A stretch of DNA of 59,356 bases, the filler included, from Sphacelaria rigidula (lineage: Eukaryota): assembly GCA_964200075.2 (NCBI GenBank). It is 6 parts of 6 records of this genome, joined end to end, with 100 filler letters (N's around TTAATTAATTAA, not from the genome) between each part and the next. Parts side by side here need not be neighbours in the genome. Positions count along the whole stretch, not along the records: positions 1 to 9,811 come from CAXNAA020007709.1; positions 9,912 to 19,722 come from CAXNAA020007710.1; 4 more parts are not named here. One strand, given 5' to 3'. The notes below the pieces were generated by a model that searched no databases, was not told the origin of the DNA, and saw only the letters and a program-made list of their open reading frames with translations. The position numbers and the translations under genes were made by a program. This document shows, in pieces, positions 1 through 12,920 of the stretch (position 1 is the stretch's first letter; every line of letters starts with the position of its first letter).

Positions 1-907
1 GGGGGGTGGGGGGGGCGGTGTGGGAGGGGGAAAGGGGCGTTGGGGGGGGGGGGGGGGGACTTGAATATATATTTCGAAAATACTGCGAATCTCGCGTGGA
101 GGTATGGGATAAAGTTGAAAAGATGTGTAACGTGTGAGTGGTGACGAATCTCTGGGCTAGCTTGATTGGCTATCTGAGCGTGGACGACGACAACAAAAAC
201 AACAACGCGCGGTCGACTATTGATCGGAAAAACGCACGCACGGTGAGGTTCGCGACATATCAAAAGGATCCAAAGAATATGTAACCGAAACCAGCACGAA
301 CGGGCTGCTGCCAACGGAACCACCCGGATGCCCCTGCCGCGGCCCTTCCCGTACCTTTGTTGTGTTATTCCAACGAAGAAACATCGTTGCTGTGCAAGCT
401 CATGTCCGAGGTAGGGTGCACTTCGAGAGCTAGACTTCGGTCGCTCAGACCGTCGGTCATCTTTTCCGCCCACTCCACCCCATTCATCCGCCTGACGGCC
501 GTACGAACATTCAGTAGTACCCACGCTTCAAGCCCTGGGGGCTGTTTGGTTGCTTGGTACCCCCCCCTTCCCGTCCCCGTCCCCGTCCCTAGTCCGACGA
601 AATTCCGGCGTACTCGGTCTCGGCTTTGTAGGAATGTGCGAGGTCAATGGTCTTAGGACTACGGCGTGTAATATGATGAGTACACTCTCCCTCCCCCCGC
701 ATCCCGTCCCCCTCCACCTCCTTCCATCTCCTCACCTCGTTTTCCCTCTGTAAGGGTTGGCGTCGGTTGGCGATCAGGTTACCGTTTTTTTTTCTCGCCA
801 GCGTTTTTTTGCGGTAGCCATTATGTTGGTCGAGTCAAGCCATATTGTGCGGGGTGAGAGAACCTCAACTCCGCGCCGAGGGGATGCTAATACTGCGCGG
901 TGTTTTC

Positions 908-1216
908 ATGGTGAGACACCCATGAGGCAGTGTAACCGGTGGCTGTCTCTGGGAGTGGCGATACCAGAAAATGAAGCAACTCATTTGGGGGTTGTCATTC
1001 ATATGCAAAGTAATTAGGACGCTTCGAGCCGAGCAATCTCAGCAGGATGCAGCTCACCCTTCATGCGACCCGCCGAACGCATCACGCCGCTTTGCGCTTG
1101 GTGATTGTGAGCCTGGTCCGGCGAAAACCCGGCGTGCTCCGCCCCGGCTTTGTAGTAGTGCGAGGTCAATGGTCTTATGACTACGGCATGCAAGATCACG
1201 AGTACACCACCCCCCC
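908..1216 (+). mobile_element. Dispersed retroposon-like repeat, family B
   Basis: GAGCCTGGTCCGGCGAAAACCCGGCGTGCTCC...GATCACGAGTACAC plus a C-run. Other copies near 590-690, 2280-2555(-), 12172-12477, 25180-25240, 29499-29631, 39641-39700, 41765-41993(-), 47383-47490(-) and 48954-49060(-). Confidence 0.85.
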
Positions 1217-1267
1217 TCTATCTCCTGCCCCCTGCCGTGGCCGTGGCCCAAAATACTGTTTTAATAG

Positions 1268-1442
1268 GCGGCCAAGCTCCTGGGGGATACATCTGTCCCG
1301 ACGTTCTACCCCCGCCTCTTCGCGCTCGTTGCCGCCATGCTGGAGACGTTCGGCACCATGGTGTTCGATCGGATTCGGGACAGGGCCGAGGATGCCGGCG
1401 AGGACGCTGTCGTCGGAAGGACGGCGCAAGCGTCTGGAGGAG
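1268..1442 (+). CDS. VPS35L: VPS35L (Retriever subunit, C16orf62-like), internal exon a
   Basis: ttaatag|GCG...GGAG|gtatgt. Encodes AAKLLGDTSVPTFYPRLFALVAAMLETFGTMVFDRIR, resembling the recalled VPS35L motif [34 protein letters not shown]. Ends in phase 1. Confidence 0.88.
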
Positions 1443-2797
1443 GTATGTCAAAAACCGAAGAGCTCAGGGTACGTGCGGCAGTCCCGCATACGAATTATCG
1501 TAGTAGACTCTTCGCACAAGCCAAGCACTAGCACTGCTAGTTGATGCGATCCATGGTTCATTTCACTAGTATTGCCTCATCCGCTCTTATATCATATCAC
1601 GGGAGGACGTGGAGAAAAATATTGCTGTGCTGTTGGGCGTACTCATTTGTTGCTTGCCTTAGTCATTTGACCATTGACCACGCATCCCTTTCGAGACGGA
1701 GCACTGTGTGCTGTGCTGTTGGGGGGGGGGAATGATGGTTTTCCGTTTCCCAAGAAAACTGTCTCGAAGATATCCTGCGCGATCGCGGTGGTCCTGCAAT
1801 GTTTCCGGCGGGCATGAACATTTCGAGAGAGGATGTATTGTCAAGAGGGCTTGGCAAGGCAAGAATACCGGGACCCTCGAAAAAGACGGACGGGACCGGG
1901 GCGCAGCCCCGGGTCCCGTGCGGCTTGTATATATATATGTACATGTATTCACCAACCGACCAAATCAGAAGGCCTGCAGCTTCGCAGCCGTTGAAATTTT
2001 GCAATTATTGATCAGATCTATTACAGGTGCGGCACCGTGGCGTCACTGTACCGTGCTGTGACGTGCTGTGACGTGTCAACAGGCTTTGTACGTAGTATGC
2101 TGCTGTCCGCACACGTACACGCTTCTGTGAGTCCGTGATGCAATGACCAAACAATGTGTGGAGTACAAAGACAAGTTACCCGAATGCAAAAGCACTGAAG
2201 CAGTTCCACTTTCGTCATAGTCTGCGATGCGTATTCGGATGTCAACAAAACTGTCGATTACTGAGTAACCGAGATGTGGGTAAGACCTTGCATCTCTACG
2301 AAGCTGGGACGGTGTACGCCTGGTTTTCGCCGGACCAGGCTAGCAATCAATCGCCAAGTTCGCGAAGCGCCGTGATGTGTTCGGCGAGTCGCATGGAGGA
2401 TGGGCTGGCTGCATCGTGCTAAAATTGTTCGGCCTGAAGGGTACTGATTATTTTTACAAATTGACGACAGCCTACAATCAGTTGGTTCTTTTTCTAGTGT
2501 AGCCACTTTCAGAGACAGCCACGGGTTACACAATGCCTCACGGGTGACTCACCATATAAATAATACATGGTACGATTATCCCCTTTGCGCGGAGTTGAGG
2601 TCCTCCACCCCGCACAATATGATCTAGAAGAGCTCGACCAGTGTCACGTCATCATGGACCCCGACAAAAGAAAAAACGCAAGCGAATAAAGAAACGGTGT
2701 ACTGGTTGCCTAGCTTACGCAGCGAGTGGCGCGTTTTGCAGCGTCCTTGCCACACCGACACCAACCCTAAAAAATTAGCAACAAGGGGAGGAGAGAG

Positions 2798-3245
2798 TCA
2801 CTTGTTGCTTGGCTTAATCATACCATTGACCGCGCATCCCTTTCGAAACGAAGCACCGTCCCTACTCCTGATAAAAACACCTCCAACATTTGGGCACTCA
2901 TGGCGTCTATTCCGTAGATTACACAAAAGCCTTGTGCATGTCTTATCTTCTTGCTGTTGTTTCGCCTCCCGTGGCCACCATCTATCTCCTAGTGTAGCCA
3001 TATTTTTCTCGCTACTATCTGATGTACCAGACGATTCCATGCCGCCTTTGTTTACCTTCCACATTTCCTCCTCTAGCACGTTCCGCTCCTCCTTGTGTAA
3101 TTCATATCCTGCCACTCGCTGAGTTGTACTCTATTGTTTCGCCACAGGGACAATTCCGTGCACCTACTTCTTTTCCCACTCGACTACAGACTACTGGTAT
3201 ACCTCTTTGTTCTCTCTGGCAGGTCCAGGTCCTCCGCCCGAAATT
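2798..3245 (-). mobile_element. LINE 3' fragment (family A)
   Basis: Reverse-complement similarity to 40000-40430 (NCPCG, KEERNVLEEEMW, LGDRWWP). Confidence 0.8.
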
Positions 3246-3256
3246 GCACTCCAAGC

Positions 3257-3291
<35 letters not shown>

Positions 3292-4416
3292 GGTAAAACA
3301 ACATTATTTTTTAGACGGGTGTATGTGCTCCCCATGATCAAGTCAAGTAGTACATGTATTTTGTGTGCGTCGAGAAATCTTTAGTTCTGTCAGTTGGTGT
3401 GTTGATGTGTAGTAACTTCTGTAACGTAAATTTGGCAGGTACATGCATCGCCTGCGGCACCGGAACTTCTGAGGTTGGGCGTTTTTTTTTTTTTTGCATC
3501 TGCGTGAATTTCTTTATCCGTTTTTTTTTTTTTTTTCCTTTTAATAACTTATTTTTTTGTTTTTTGTCCTTTGCCCCCGACAGCAGTCCCCANNNNNNNN
3601 NNTTTTTTTTCTGCCCGGTCTTTTCTTGTTTTGTTTTTTTTTTTTTTTTTTGCATCTGCGTGAATTTTTTTTTCCGTTTTTTTTTTTTTTTCCCTTATAA
3701 TACCATATTTTTGGGTAGTTAGCCTGTGGCCACGGAAAGCGTCCGCATCAGATGCCCACTACGGAGTACTGCGCAGAGATCGGAACGGTTTTTAATGTGA
3801 AAACAACAACAGAAGCAGCAGCAGCAACAACAACAGCAACAACATGGATACATGTGTATAGATTGATAGATATGCATACATAGGTGTGTATATTTGAAAA
3901 AAAAAAGATGCGTTGAAATCACGGCTTGACCCTAGATATGGGGAGAAAAAAAGGATGGGGGCAGAACTCGTGTCTACAGTCTATGTGTTCCCCGTCTCAG
4001 TCGCTGTACGTATGTGTGTCGTTTTTGTGTTGCCTCACCTTTTCTCCCCATCACTGGAATGCACCACCGGAGCCAAACCATTTTTTTCTTTCTTCTTTTT
4101 TTTTCCTTTCAAGGAAGGAGGAAACCTGACCCAACACTTACCCTCGAATGGATTCATTTGCCGATTACCCGGAGACTCGGCTAAACCACCGTGTGACGGT
4201 ATCATGGGGTAGGCTCACTCAAGCGCTCCGAAAGAATTGCTCAAGGCAGTGTGGGAGTTGAAACCCTCTACAACAACCCCTTGTCAACTTGGCACAGTTG
4301 CACGCGCCGGCCTACCCTTCTGAGCTTCGATATGAGCACTCCCCCCTGCCTCCCCCCCAAACGGAACCAATGAACGAATCGAAAGACCACAAAACTCTGA
4401 ACACGAAACGGAACAG

Positions 4417-4607
4417 GGGACACCCAAACCTCCTCGGGAGGCACCGCAAAATTGCCGAAGACCTCGGTGGATGGGCAGCCCGTGAGGAACCCGCTCCCGG
4501 AAGGCTGGACGTGCAATGAGGTGGGAGCCGAGGCGAGGGAGACGTGCCGAAACTGGTTCTACAAGACGGCGTGCATTCGGGAGCTTTTGCCGAGGATACT
4601 GGTGGAG
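4417..4607 (+). CDS. VPS35L: VPS35L internal exon b
   Basis: ggaacag| acceptor in phase 1, matching exon a. Encodes ...PLPEGWTCNEVGAEARETCRNWFYKTACIRELLPRILVE|gtgagg, matching the recalled [25 protein letters not shown] motif. Confidence 0.9.
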
Positions 4608-5359
4608 GTGAGGGGATACGCGCGCGGTGTGTGTTCGAAGAAAAAGTGTTGGCTTGCGAAGTCCGTCTTTTCTTGTTCGCGGCGCGGAAGAAACGGCGAT
4701 CGCTTGTGTATGTGTGTGTGTGTTGTGTTTTAGTTGCACCAGCGTGTGTTTTGTCAGTCGAAAATTGTGGGGTTTTGGTGTTTAGCTTTTTTGGGGGGGT
4801 AGAACCCGAAAGGTGGCTTTTGTGGGTGTGCTGTATAATTATGATTTTGTGAGTGTGTCTTGTGAATGCGTACGGATTTTTTTTTCTTTTTTTCTTTTTT
4901 TCTTCAAGAGACCTTATATCATGTGCACGGAGCGTCGATTTGCCTCCTCTGTTCCGCCTCTTTCTCTTTGTCTGCCTGTCTTTTCCCGTCATCTGTTTTT
5001 GTATATCCCTCTCTCCTCTCTCTAATTGTGCCCGAGTGCGATGGGAATATTCCCGCATCTATTCTGCCACGGCAACACAACTGTCGCTCATGTTCTACGA
5101 TCAGAGTGGTGGTGGTGGTGTTCGGCAATTAGCTTGCAGAATATCCTGAAACTCACGATGTATTTCCATCTTTTCGTCTTGTCTCGACCTTCCTTTAGCG
5201 CGTGTTTCCCGCTAATTATTCCCCTTGGATATGTACCGGAGCAGTTACCGTAATGTGCGACGATCAATTGATCCATCTAAAGCCAATCGTCCTCCCTCAA
5301 CCCCCCTTCCCATGTCGTTCTTCATCAACCACCACGTTGCTGGTTTCCAAGGACACCGT

Positions 5360-5480
5360 GTTGCTGTTGTTTGTTGTTTGTTGTTTGTTGTTTGTTGTTT
5401 GTTGTTGGTTACTTGTTGTTGGTTGTTGGTTGTTGGTTGTTGGTTGTTGGTTGTTGGTTGTTGGTGGTGGTTGTGGTGGT
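5360..5480. repeat. (GTTGTTG/GTTGTTT)n simple repeat
   Basis: Read directly from the sequence. Other simple repeats lie at 3258-3288 (GT), 9740-9792 (GTT), 12879-12919 (CAG), 46013-46061 (CAA) and 49870-49955 (GAT/AAT). Confidence 0.9.
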
Positions 5481-5703
5481 CATATTGTTTTTATTGTATC
5501 TATCGAGGATCCCATCACACCATTTCACCACTTGAAACGTTTTTATTAAAAAAAATTACGATTATTGGTTGGTGCTTCTGTCAGCAGATTTGGTGCTCGT
5601 TTTCGTTTTCGAATGCACTCCCCTGTTTTCGAATTTCTATGTTCTTACCCAAACCCCCTCCTCCTCCTCCTTTCTGTCGTCGCACCCTGGGTCTCTCCCG
5701 CAG

Positions 5704-5764
5704 GCGGCGCTTCTCCCCTGCTACCGATTTCTTGCGACGGGAGATGAATTCGGACGGATATTAG
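5704..5764 (+). CDS. VPS35L: VPS35L internal exon c (gene presumably continues beyond the contig)
   Basis: cccgcag|GCG...TTAG|gtgaaa, phase 0 start. AALLPCYRFLATGDEFGRIL continues the VPS35L alignment (ASILKCNKFL). Confidence 0.82.
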
Positions 5765-8700
5765 GTGAAAAGCGCATAGTCTTGCTTGCTGCTGTTCATA
5801 TCTGTGACGGCTTTGTTGTCGTAGGGCCAATGACTGCACCCGTCGGACGGTGTAATCGATTCGTATCGAAATGACTTGGTCCCACATGTGATTGATCTGT
5901 ATCGTACAGATCAATCCTTGGGCTTTGTTTTCAGCGTTGCAGTCCAGGTACGGGTACGCACATTCCGGAGGCACGTGGAGAGCAATGCCACGGTAGAGGT
6001 GCACTTTTTTTTTTCTTTCTGAGGCCAATTGTTGTAGGAGTCTTTCAATGACAAATATCTGGGCCTTAGTGTCCAGCCCCAGAAAACGTTTGGTCTGAAA
6101 AGTGCACGCACCGCTACCGTGGCATCACTCTGGAATACCGCAAAATGTGCGTGGAGACATCTCTGACCCGCGTTCAGCTTTTCCATCTCTCTCGTTCGAG
6201 CAATCAATCGGGCCTCGGAAATCGTAGATTTCGGTGATTTGAAGCGGCAAGTGCTTCGTCCGACGTGCAAACAGCTAGGGAGCGAAACAAACGCTTCCGG
6301 AACCAATAATGAATTCGAATGTTTTTTTGGGGCCTCGCCACGGTGGAGCTTGTTCCGACCAAAACCATCAAGAGCCTGTTCGAAGGCTCAGAATCGTTGA
6401 AGTGTTTTTGCAGTCAGTATCGCGAAATACTACACACACCATATATATATATATTCCAATTAAAGACGGTGATATTTGGATCAAGACTATGTACTATTCT
6501 AGTGCACACGGAAATCTCCCCCACAAGCCAGCGGGAGAAGGGAGGGACTTCGTACGCAGGGGAAAAATTCAAGACATGAAAATATACGGACGATGGGATG
6601 TAATGATCGGACTTGAATTTGTGAAAGATACTGCACGAGCGACGTACGAGTAGGTGTTCCCCTTTTTTGTGGGTTGTGTTTTCATACTTCATTCAATGTG
6701 AAGTATACGCATTTGTTTTAGTTCGATGCCGCAAATAGCGCGCGTTATCTAGAGGAATCACTCCAGACAGTTGAATAAACTTATGCCAATGCTTGTTTTC
6801 TGCATGTATGTATGTATGGATGTATGCAGTGGTATGCTTTCACGATATATCATAATATAATGTGTAACGGTCTGTTCGCGTTCGTTGCCGTGAAATTCGC
6901 TCGCTATTGTAATTATAAGAATTATACTAGCAACAATAATACCAACTAGTGGTAAGCCACGGCTGACGCGCGTGGCAGCAGTGCTACAGGTATCAACGGC
7001 ACAGGTCTCGCACGTGATCAAAATATTACCCTGACATTCACCATCATTTTATCAGTAGGAGCAAGAAAAAACTCCCAACCCCACGGCTAACCGCAACCAC
7101 TACGAAAAAATAAGGAAGACCTGACCGCGTTGGCGCCAACCCGACAGCACTACATTCATGGAGAATATATCCCGAAAAAGTGAGGACCAGACCGAGTAGA
7201 ACGCACCGTCTCTCCTCTAGCCCGGCCACCGGAGGTGCAGTAATATCTTCCCAGGGCGTGCCCTGGACCACTTGCGTTGAGGTGACAACTCATCAGATCT
7301 TTCCTTCTCCGCACGTTTGCTACGACACACCGGTAGATAAAAATCATTTTTGAAAATGATGGCCTCAACAATGACCATTTTTCAGTCCGATCGAGAAACA
7401 TTTTTGTCCAGCTTAGGGTTGCACACCGATATCAAAGAAGGGTTGATGAGTTGTATTTACGAAAATAAATGAGGCGTTTTCGTCGTGCAATGTCATCTTT
7501 TTGCCTGCGGCGTGCGAGAGCAAATAATGGAGCTACTCAAGTCGACGATACACGGCTACTGCAGATCCGCACAGTATTTTCCGCACATGGCAGTAGCAGC
7601 ACACAGCAGATCGCACGCCATGCAGCACGGCAGTGAAACAGTACGCTTAGGGTTACACGCAACTCTACACCATGAGTGGTGCGGTCACCCGTGATGTAGG
7701 TGCTGCACCCGCCACCGCCAATTCCGCATCGGAGTGTTCTCCCTCACTTGATAAGTCGAGGCGGAAATACAACCGATCCTACCTTGTCGGTGGCACTGTT
7801 TATTTAATGCCAAAGGGTATAGGATATCTTGAAACACTACTTGGAGGGCACCGGTTACGTGTCGAGTGCCTCGAGTACCTACGAGCAGCTCGAGAAGATT
7901 TTGCAAGGCGTGAGATATTGTGGCTACTTTGGCTACTGGCTGTCGCTATCGTGCGCTCGAGAATGCACACATGTGTGTGTGCGTGGCCGGCATCCGAGGT
8001 CATCGTGACAGAGCGGGCAAGGAGCAGAAGCAAATATTCAAATGTCGAAAGCTTATCAGACTTTTCGTTTCATGTCCGTGTCCCTTGATCAATTTCGTCA
8101 GCAACATTTAGCGAAATAAATCACAAAAAAATTGACATTTTTTGACAAAGTGCCCTCCGACATGGGGGGCGGGGGGGGGGGGGGGGGGGGGGGGGGGGGC
8201 TACGTGTCCGGAAAATTCTGTCACGGCAGACCGTTGTTGACACTGAAGCTGAGGAACTTGGTGCTCCCGCAAACCAAAAACATCCAGCTCGAGCCGTAGC
8301 TGCTCATCAGCTGAGCACGTTGTGCGTGGCCTTACTCGAATCTCTTCAAAATTCATCGAGAAATGATGATTCGTGTGAGACGCGCGCCCATCACACACTC
8401 ACAAACGGTCAGCAACGACTCGTTTTCGGTTGTTTCTGACACACGCGGCCGCCACTCGTCCAATATATAGCGGATTTCCGTCAAACAAAGACTGCCGTGT
8501 GTAAAGATTAGTAAGGGCTAGCGATGGAACTACTGCGCGTGAGTGGTGGGTGTCTGTCGGTGTTTTTTCGGAGCTGGGTGTGTAGGTGTTGTGTTGCGTT
8601 GTTGCGTCTTGTCCGTGGCATTACGGAAACGTTGGACTAATGACCACTTCCAGACCCGCCCCATTTTTGAATCCACGTGCAGATCTGGGGTTCGATCTGT

Positions 8701-8990
8701 AGAAAATTGCTTCTCGATAGGATTCAAAACTGACCGTTTTGGGGGCAATCCCCTTTCAAAAGGCGATGTTGAAAAAGAGAAGAAAACCTGTCGAAAAGAA
8801 AGGCCCACTACGTGGTGTTGAAATGATAAGGCACTACACTAAGCCGTGGTTGTATGTGTGTGTGTTTTTTAGCGCCCTGTCTATCTGTTTCTGTAATCCT
8901 TTTGCTGTTCCTGAAATCCCCACAAAACCATCCGCAAACATTAGTCCTTTCGTAAGGGGGAGGGGGTGTTATCAAACACTGTATCCATGA

Positions 8991-9455
8991 TTAACCCTTG
9001 GACCGTGATGCGGGCAATCCATCTGGATCACGCATTTATTTCAAGTAAAATTGATGCCGATTCCACTGGTGACCTACCCTCGCGGTCAAGGGACCCTTTC
9101 ACCGCGAGGGTAGGTCACCTGCTGAATCGGCATCAATATTCACGTGAAGAAAATATGCATGATCCAGATGGACCACCTGCACCGCGTCAACCCTTGGACC
9201 ACGAGGAGGGTAGATCACCTGCTTAATCGGCATCAATTATCACTGGGAAAACGTATGCATGATCCGGATGGACTACCCGCACCGCGGTCTAAGGGTTAAC
9301 CTTTTGTCTAAGGGTTGTCTAAGGGTTAGCCCTTTGTCCAGGCTTAACCCTTTGACCGCGATGAGGGTAGGCCACCTGCTGAATCGGCATCAATTTCACA
9401 TGAACAAAGTACATGTGATCCAGATGGACTATCCGCATCGTGGTCCGAGGGTTAA
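8991..9455. mobile_element. Cluster of four ~105-bp piggyBac-like MITE units
   Basis: TTAA|CCCT...AGGG|TTAA ends. The first unit is inverted relative to the other three. Confidence 0.75.
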
Positions 9456-9740
9456 CAGAACCTGCGGTCAGAGTGGAACCATTTCTACAGGACATTAGCG
9501 CATAGACCTGCTCTTCTAACGAGCCACATTTTGAATCCACCCACGGACAACAGAGTCAGCATGGAATATATCACTCGGGAAGCGACGATTGCGTGCGACT
9601 AACCTGACACAACGCATGAAAGTTTACGTACTATCAAATCAAAATCAAACCTTGGTGTTCAGTCAACATCATCTATGTCGAAAAGGAAAATGCGTCGTCC
9701 GGGAGCGTGCTGCGAGGGAGTATGGAGCGCGGCAGTGCGG

Positions 9741-9792
<52 letters not shown>

Positions 9793-9811
9793 CTTCACAT
9801 TAAAAACCGTT

Positions 9812-9911
9812 NNNNNNNNNNNNNNNNNNNNNNNNNNNNNNNNNNNNNNNNNNNNTTAATTAATTAANNNNNNNNNNNNNNNNNNNNNNNNNNNNNNNNN
9901 NNNNNNNNNNN
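9812..9911. other. Artificial contig linker (N44-TTAATTAATTAA-N44)
   Basis: The same 100-nt spacer, with stops in all frames, recurs about every 9.9 kb. Confidence 0.97.
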
Positions 9912-10859
9912 TGGATGATGACCAGGGGACAAGGGCATCCTGTGGATGATGACCCTTGCTGTGTAGCCCAGGCCTGATGGTAGGCTACAGGTGCTTACTC
10001 CGAAATAATTATATGATTTTTGTTTATTGATTGTCGCACTTTAACTGACTCCCCCGGGGTCCAGCCGTGGTCTCGTGATAGATTCCACGGGTCCGGTCAC
10101 GCTCGGCGCCTGACACTTTCAGAGCTAGCCGCCATCGACCGCGGCGAAGGGCATTTTTTTCCCAGTGATGTTGTTGAGATAGTTGGCGATCAGCGGTCAT
10201 GAACGTTACAGTTTTGTTTAATGTCTAAAAATGTTACATCAAGATTCGTATAGGAAAGGAATAAAGTGCACCCGTTCGTACTCGAAATAGAAACTTCGTT
10301 CCTGGAAAGGTACTACAGATGTGAAAATGGGGAATCTATTTCATAAAAAGTTGTCTGTTCTTGACGATTTTTCCTAGAACTTGAAAAAAATGTGCCATCG
10401 TTTCGTTGACGCCGGACGGAAGCCGAAGAAAGCGCGTTTTGTTGCCTTTTGGCACCCGTTTCAAGCCATGAAAATAGTTTCAATTTCAGAGTCTATTCAT
10501 GCTTGCGTAGGGAGCAAAAAGACTCGCCTACAGTCAGTGGCAACGAATTAATTGTCTGGAAACTAGGATATCAAGTAAAGGCGTTAGGAATATTTTTCGG
10601 ATTTCCTTCAGTTTCATCGCTTATTCGTGCTGGCCGAAAAATGCGACACACTCTACGGTAAGCGCGTTCGAGTGAATCCGCAAGCAACAAACGATTTTCC
10701 GCGCGACGAACAATCAAACCTCAACCAAACGCCCAAGCACAGGAGCGCCGCTTTTTACAAATAAATCAACAGTAGCGATGAAGAGCGAGCGCCGGCTGCG
10801 CGTAGCGCGTAACGCAATACAAAACACCATCTTCGGTCAATGATTCTATCGAGATCCGG

Positions 10860-11030
10860 TCAGCTTCTTTGTTCGGAACGGGTCGGGTTTCTCATCCACA
10901 CGCCAGCCTTGTGAGATTGCACGTGTGTGTCGGCCTTGTCTCGCTCCTCGTCCGTCCCCCTCATGTCCAACGTTCCCCCTTTGACGGCGACTACCGCCAT
11001 GTGCCGTCCTGTAGGAGCGGATTTTCGCAC
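10860..11030 (-). CDS. SAM methyltransferase terminal exon with stop
   Basis: caccag|GTG, phase 0. VRKSAPTGRHMAVVAVKGG (last beta strand, T.RH..V.A.K) plus a tail running to TGA at 10860. Confidence 0.8.
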   Translation of the reverse strand: MRKSAPTGRHMAVVAVKGGTLDMRGTDEERDKADTHVQSHKAGVWMRNPTRSEQRS

Positions 11031-12729
11031 CTGGTGCAACAGCGGTGGGAATGCTATATCACAACCGACGCGCAAGTTATCGGCAAGTAGGAATCCTGCT
11101 GTTTGCTGATCATACGAGCGATTGGACCACCCAACAGTATGGAACTAGAAGTATACTTTGCGATTCCGGTATAAGTCGTAATTTTCCCTCAAGAGTGAAT
11201 AGTTCATGAACAAGACGGTTTCGAACACTCAGTTGTTTTTCACGCGATAATAGAGAACTTACGGCACCGTACAAATATAAACGGGTTTCTCCAGAACCGT
11301 CCAACTCATGAGACATTCACAGAGAAAACTTACACCGCCACAAAAAAAGCGGGGCCCGAAACTCTCTATTCGACCGTTTTTACTGGTTGTTGTTTCTTGG
11401 TTGGGTTTTCTAGTTTTGGGACATTCAACACGGTTTGTGGTCCCCACACAGGTAATGTCGCTATCACATGTCTTGGGACACTTTGCATCACTTCACTAGA
11501 GGGGAGCCTAGCACACTTTGTCAATTTGCTTGGCTCCGAGGTTTCGAAAATGACTTCTGAACGACACTCCGGCCGATCATGAAAAAGCGCGGTTCTCGCA
11601 GGTTTCTTCAGTGATTTTCTCGATTCCTTCACACCGTGCTCACAGTTCTTCATGTCCAGCTGGATATTTGTTCAGAGGTAGCTCTCGAAACCTCGGGGGG
11701 GGGGGGCGTACTCATTTGTTGCTTGCCTTGGTCGTTTGACCATTGACCACGCATCCCTTTCGAGACGGNNNNNNNNNNGACGGAGCACCGTTCCTACTCC
11801 TAATATAGACAACTCCAACATTCTGGTGCTCATTACTTTCCTTCCGTAGCTCAGTTTCGGGGGTGAACGAATCGGAGAAGTGGGCTAGAGTCCTCTCGGT
11901 GCAGTGATGCAAAGTGTCAAACACACGTGATGAGCGAAATTCCCCGTTTCGGGGCCAACTACTGCAATAAATGTCCCCAAACTGCAAAATGCAGCCGAAA
12001 ACAAAAACCAAATGGAAGAAAAGGTTTGATAAGCGTTTTCTGAGATTTTACATAGTACATAAAAGCAGGAAGCAGCGAATCGTAGAAGCTCGCGGCAACA
12101 ACTGTAGGATTAGGAGATATACGCGATTTACTTGGGGATATTGTTGGCGATTTCACCGACCCCCATCGTCATGGCGAGACACCCATGAGGTAGTGTATAA
12201 GCCTTGGCTGTCTCTGGAAGTGGCGATACCAGAAATAAAGTAACTCATTGCAGGCTGTCATCCAAATGCAAGGTAATCGGTAGGGTTTGGGCCGAAAAAT
12301 CTTAGCAGGATGCAGCTCACCCTTCATACGACTCGCTAAACACACCACGGCGCTTCGCGCTTGTTGATTGAGTGCGAGCCTGGTCCGGCGAAAACCCGGC
12401 GTGCTCCGTCCCGGCTTTGTAGGGATGCGAGGTCAATGGTCTTATGACTATGGCATGCATGATCACGAGTACACCCACGTCAAGAAGCTTGTTTGCTTCA
12501 TCACTAGAGGCGAAATCATCAACGTGAGCCCCCCATCTTTCTCCAATCCCGTACAAACGAACTGGAAACAAAACGCGGCCGGTGGCAACAGGAGGGGTAC
12601 ATGCACAGTTTCGACTTCTTCTTTAATCTCATTCGCCTCTTGGAGTTTCTCGCGTCCGAATAGTCGTTCACCACGTAATCCAAGAACACAAAGGGCAGCT
12701 TTTCAGGGTTCGGTTACAACGACACATAC

Positions 12730-12831
12730 CGTGCTGAAGCCCGCCTCGAAGAGTTCGCTGTCGAGTTGAGCAGCCTCGCTGAAATAAACCTCCAGGTAGG
12801 GTTCGGTGCTTCGCAAAATGGAAAAAACCAT
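12730..12831 (-). CDS. SAM methyltransferase exon 5
   Basis: gcatag|ATG...ACG|gtatgt. MVFSILRSTEPYLEVYFSEAAQLDSELFEAGFST, matching the recalled LKSTEPYLxxYF...L.EAGF signature of a cyanobacterial/algal methyltransferase family. Confidence 0.88.
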
Positions 12832-12876
12832 CTATGCGTTGCAGCGCGTGTTGCGACACACGGTTGGGAATGGGAG

Positions 12877-12920
<44 letters not shown>

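Noticed and set aside
4312..5058. Longest ORF in the track (248 aa, minus strand)
   Set aside because: It is antisense to a VPS35L exon and otherwise made of low-complexity intron sequence.
5765..9811. Further VPS35L exons (expected RGxGDPL motif)
   Set aside because: No phase-1 exon with this motif was found. It probably lies beyond the contig end.
9912..9990. Repeated GGATGATGACC and a CTGA, resembling a C/D box snoRNA
   Set aside because: It sits at a contig edge with no terminal stem or recognisable rRNA guide.
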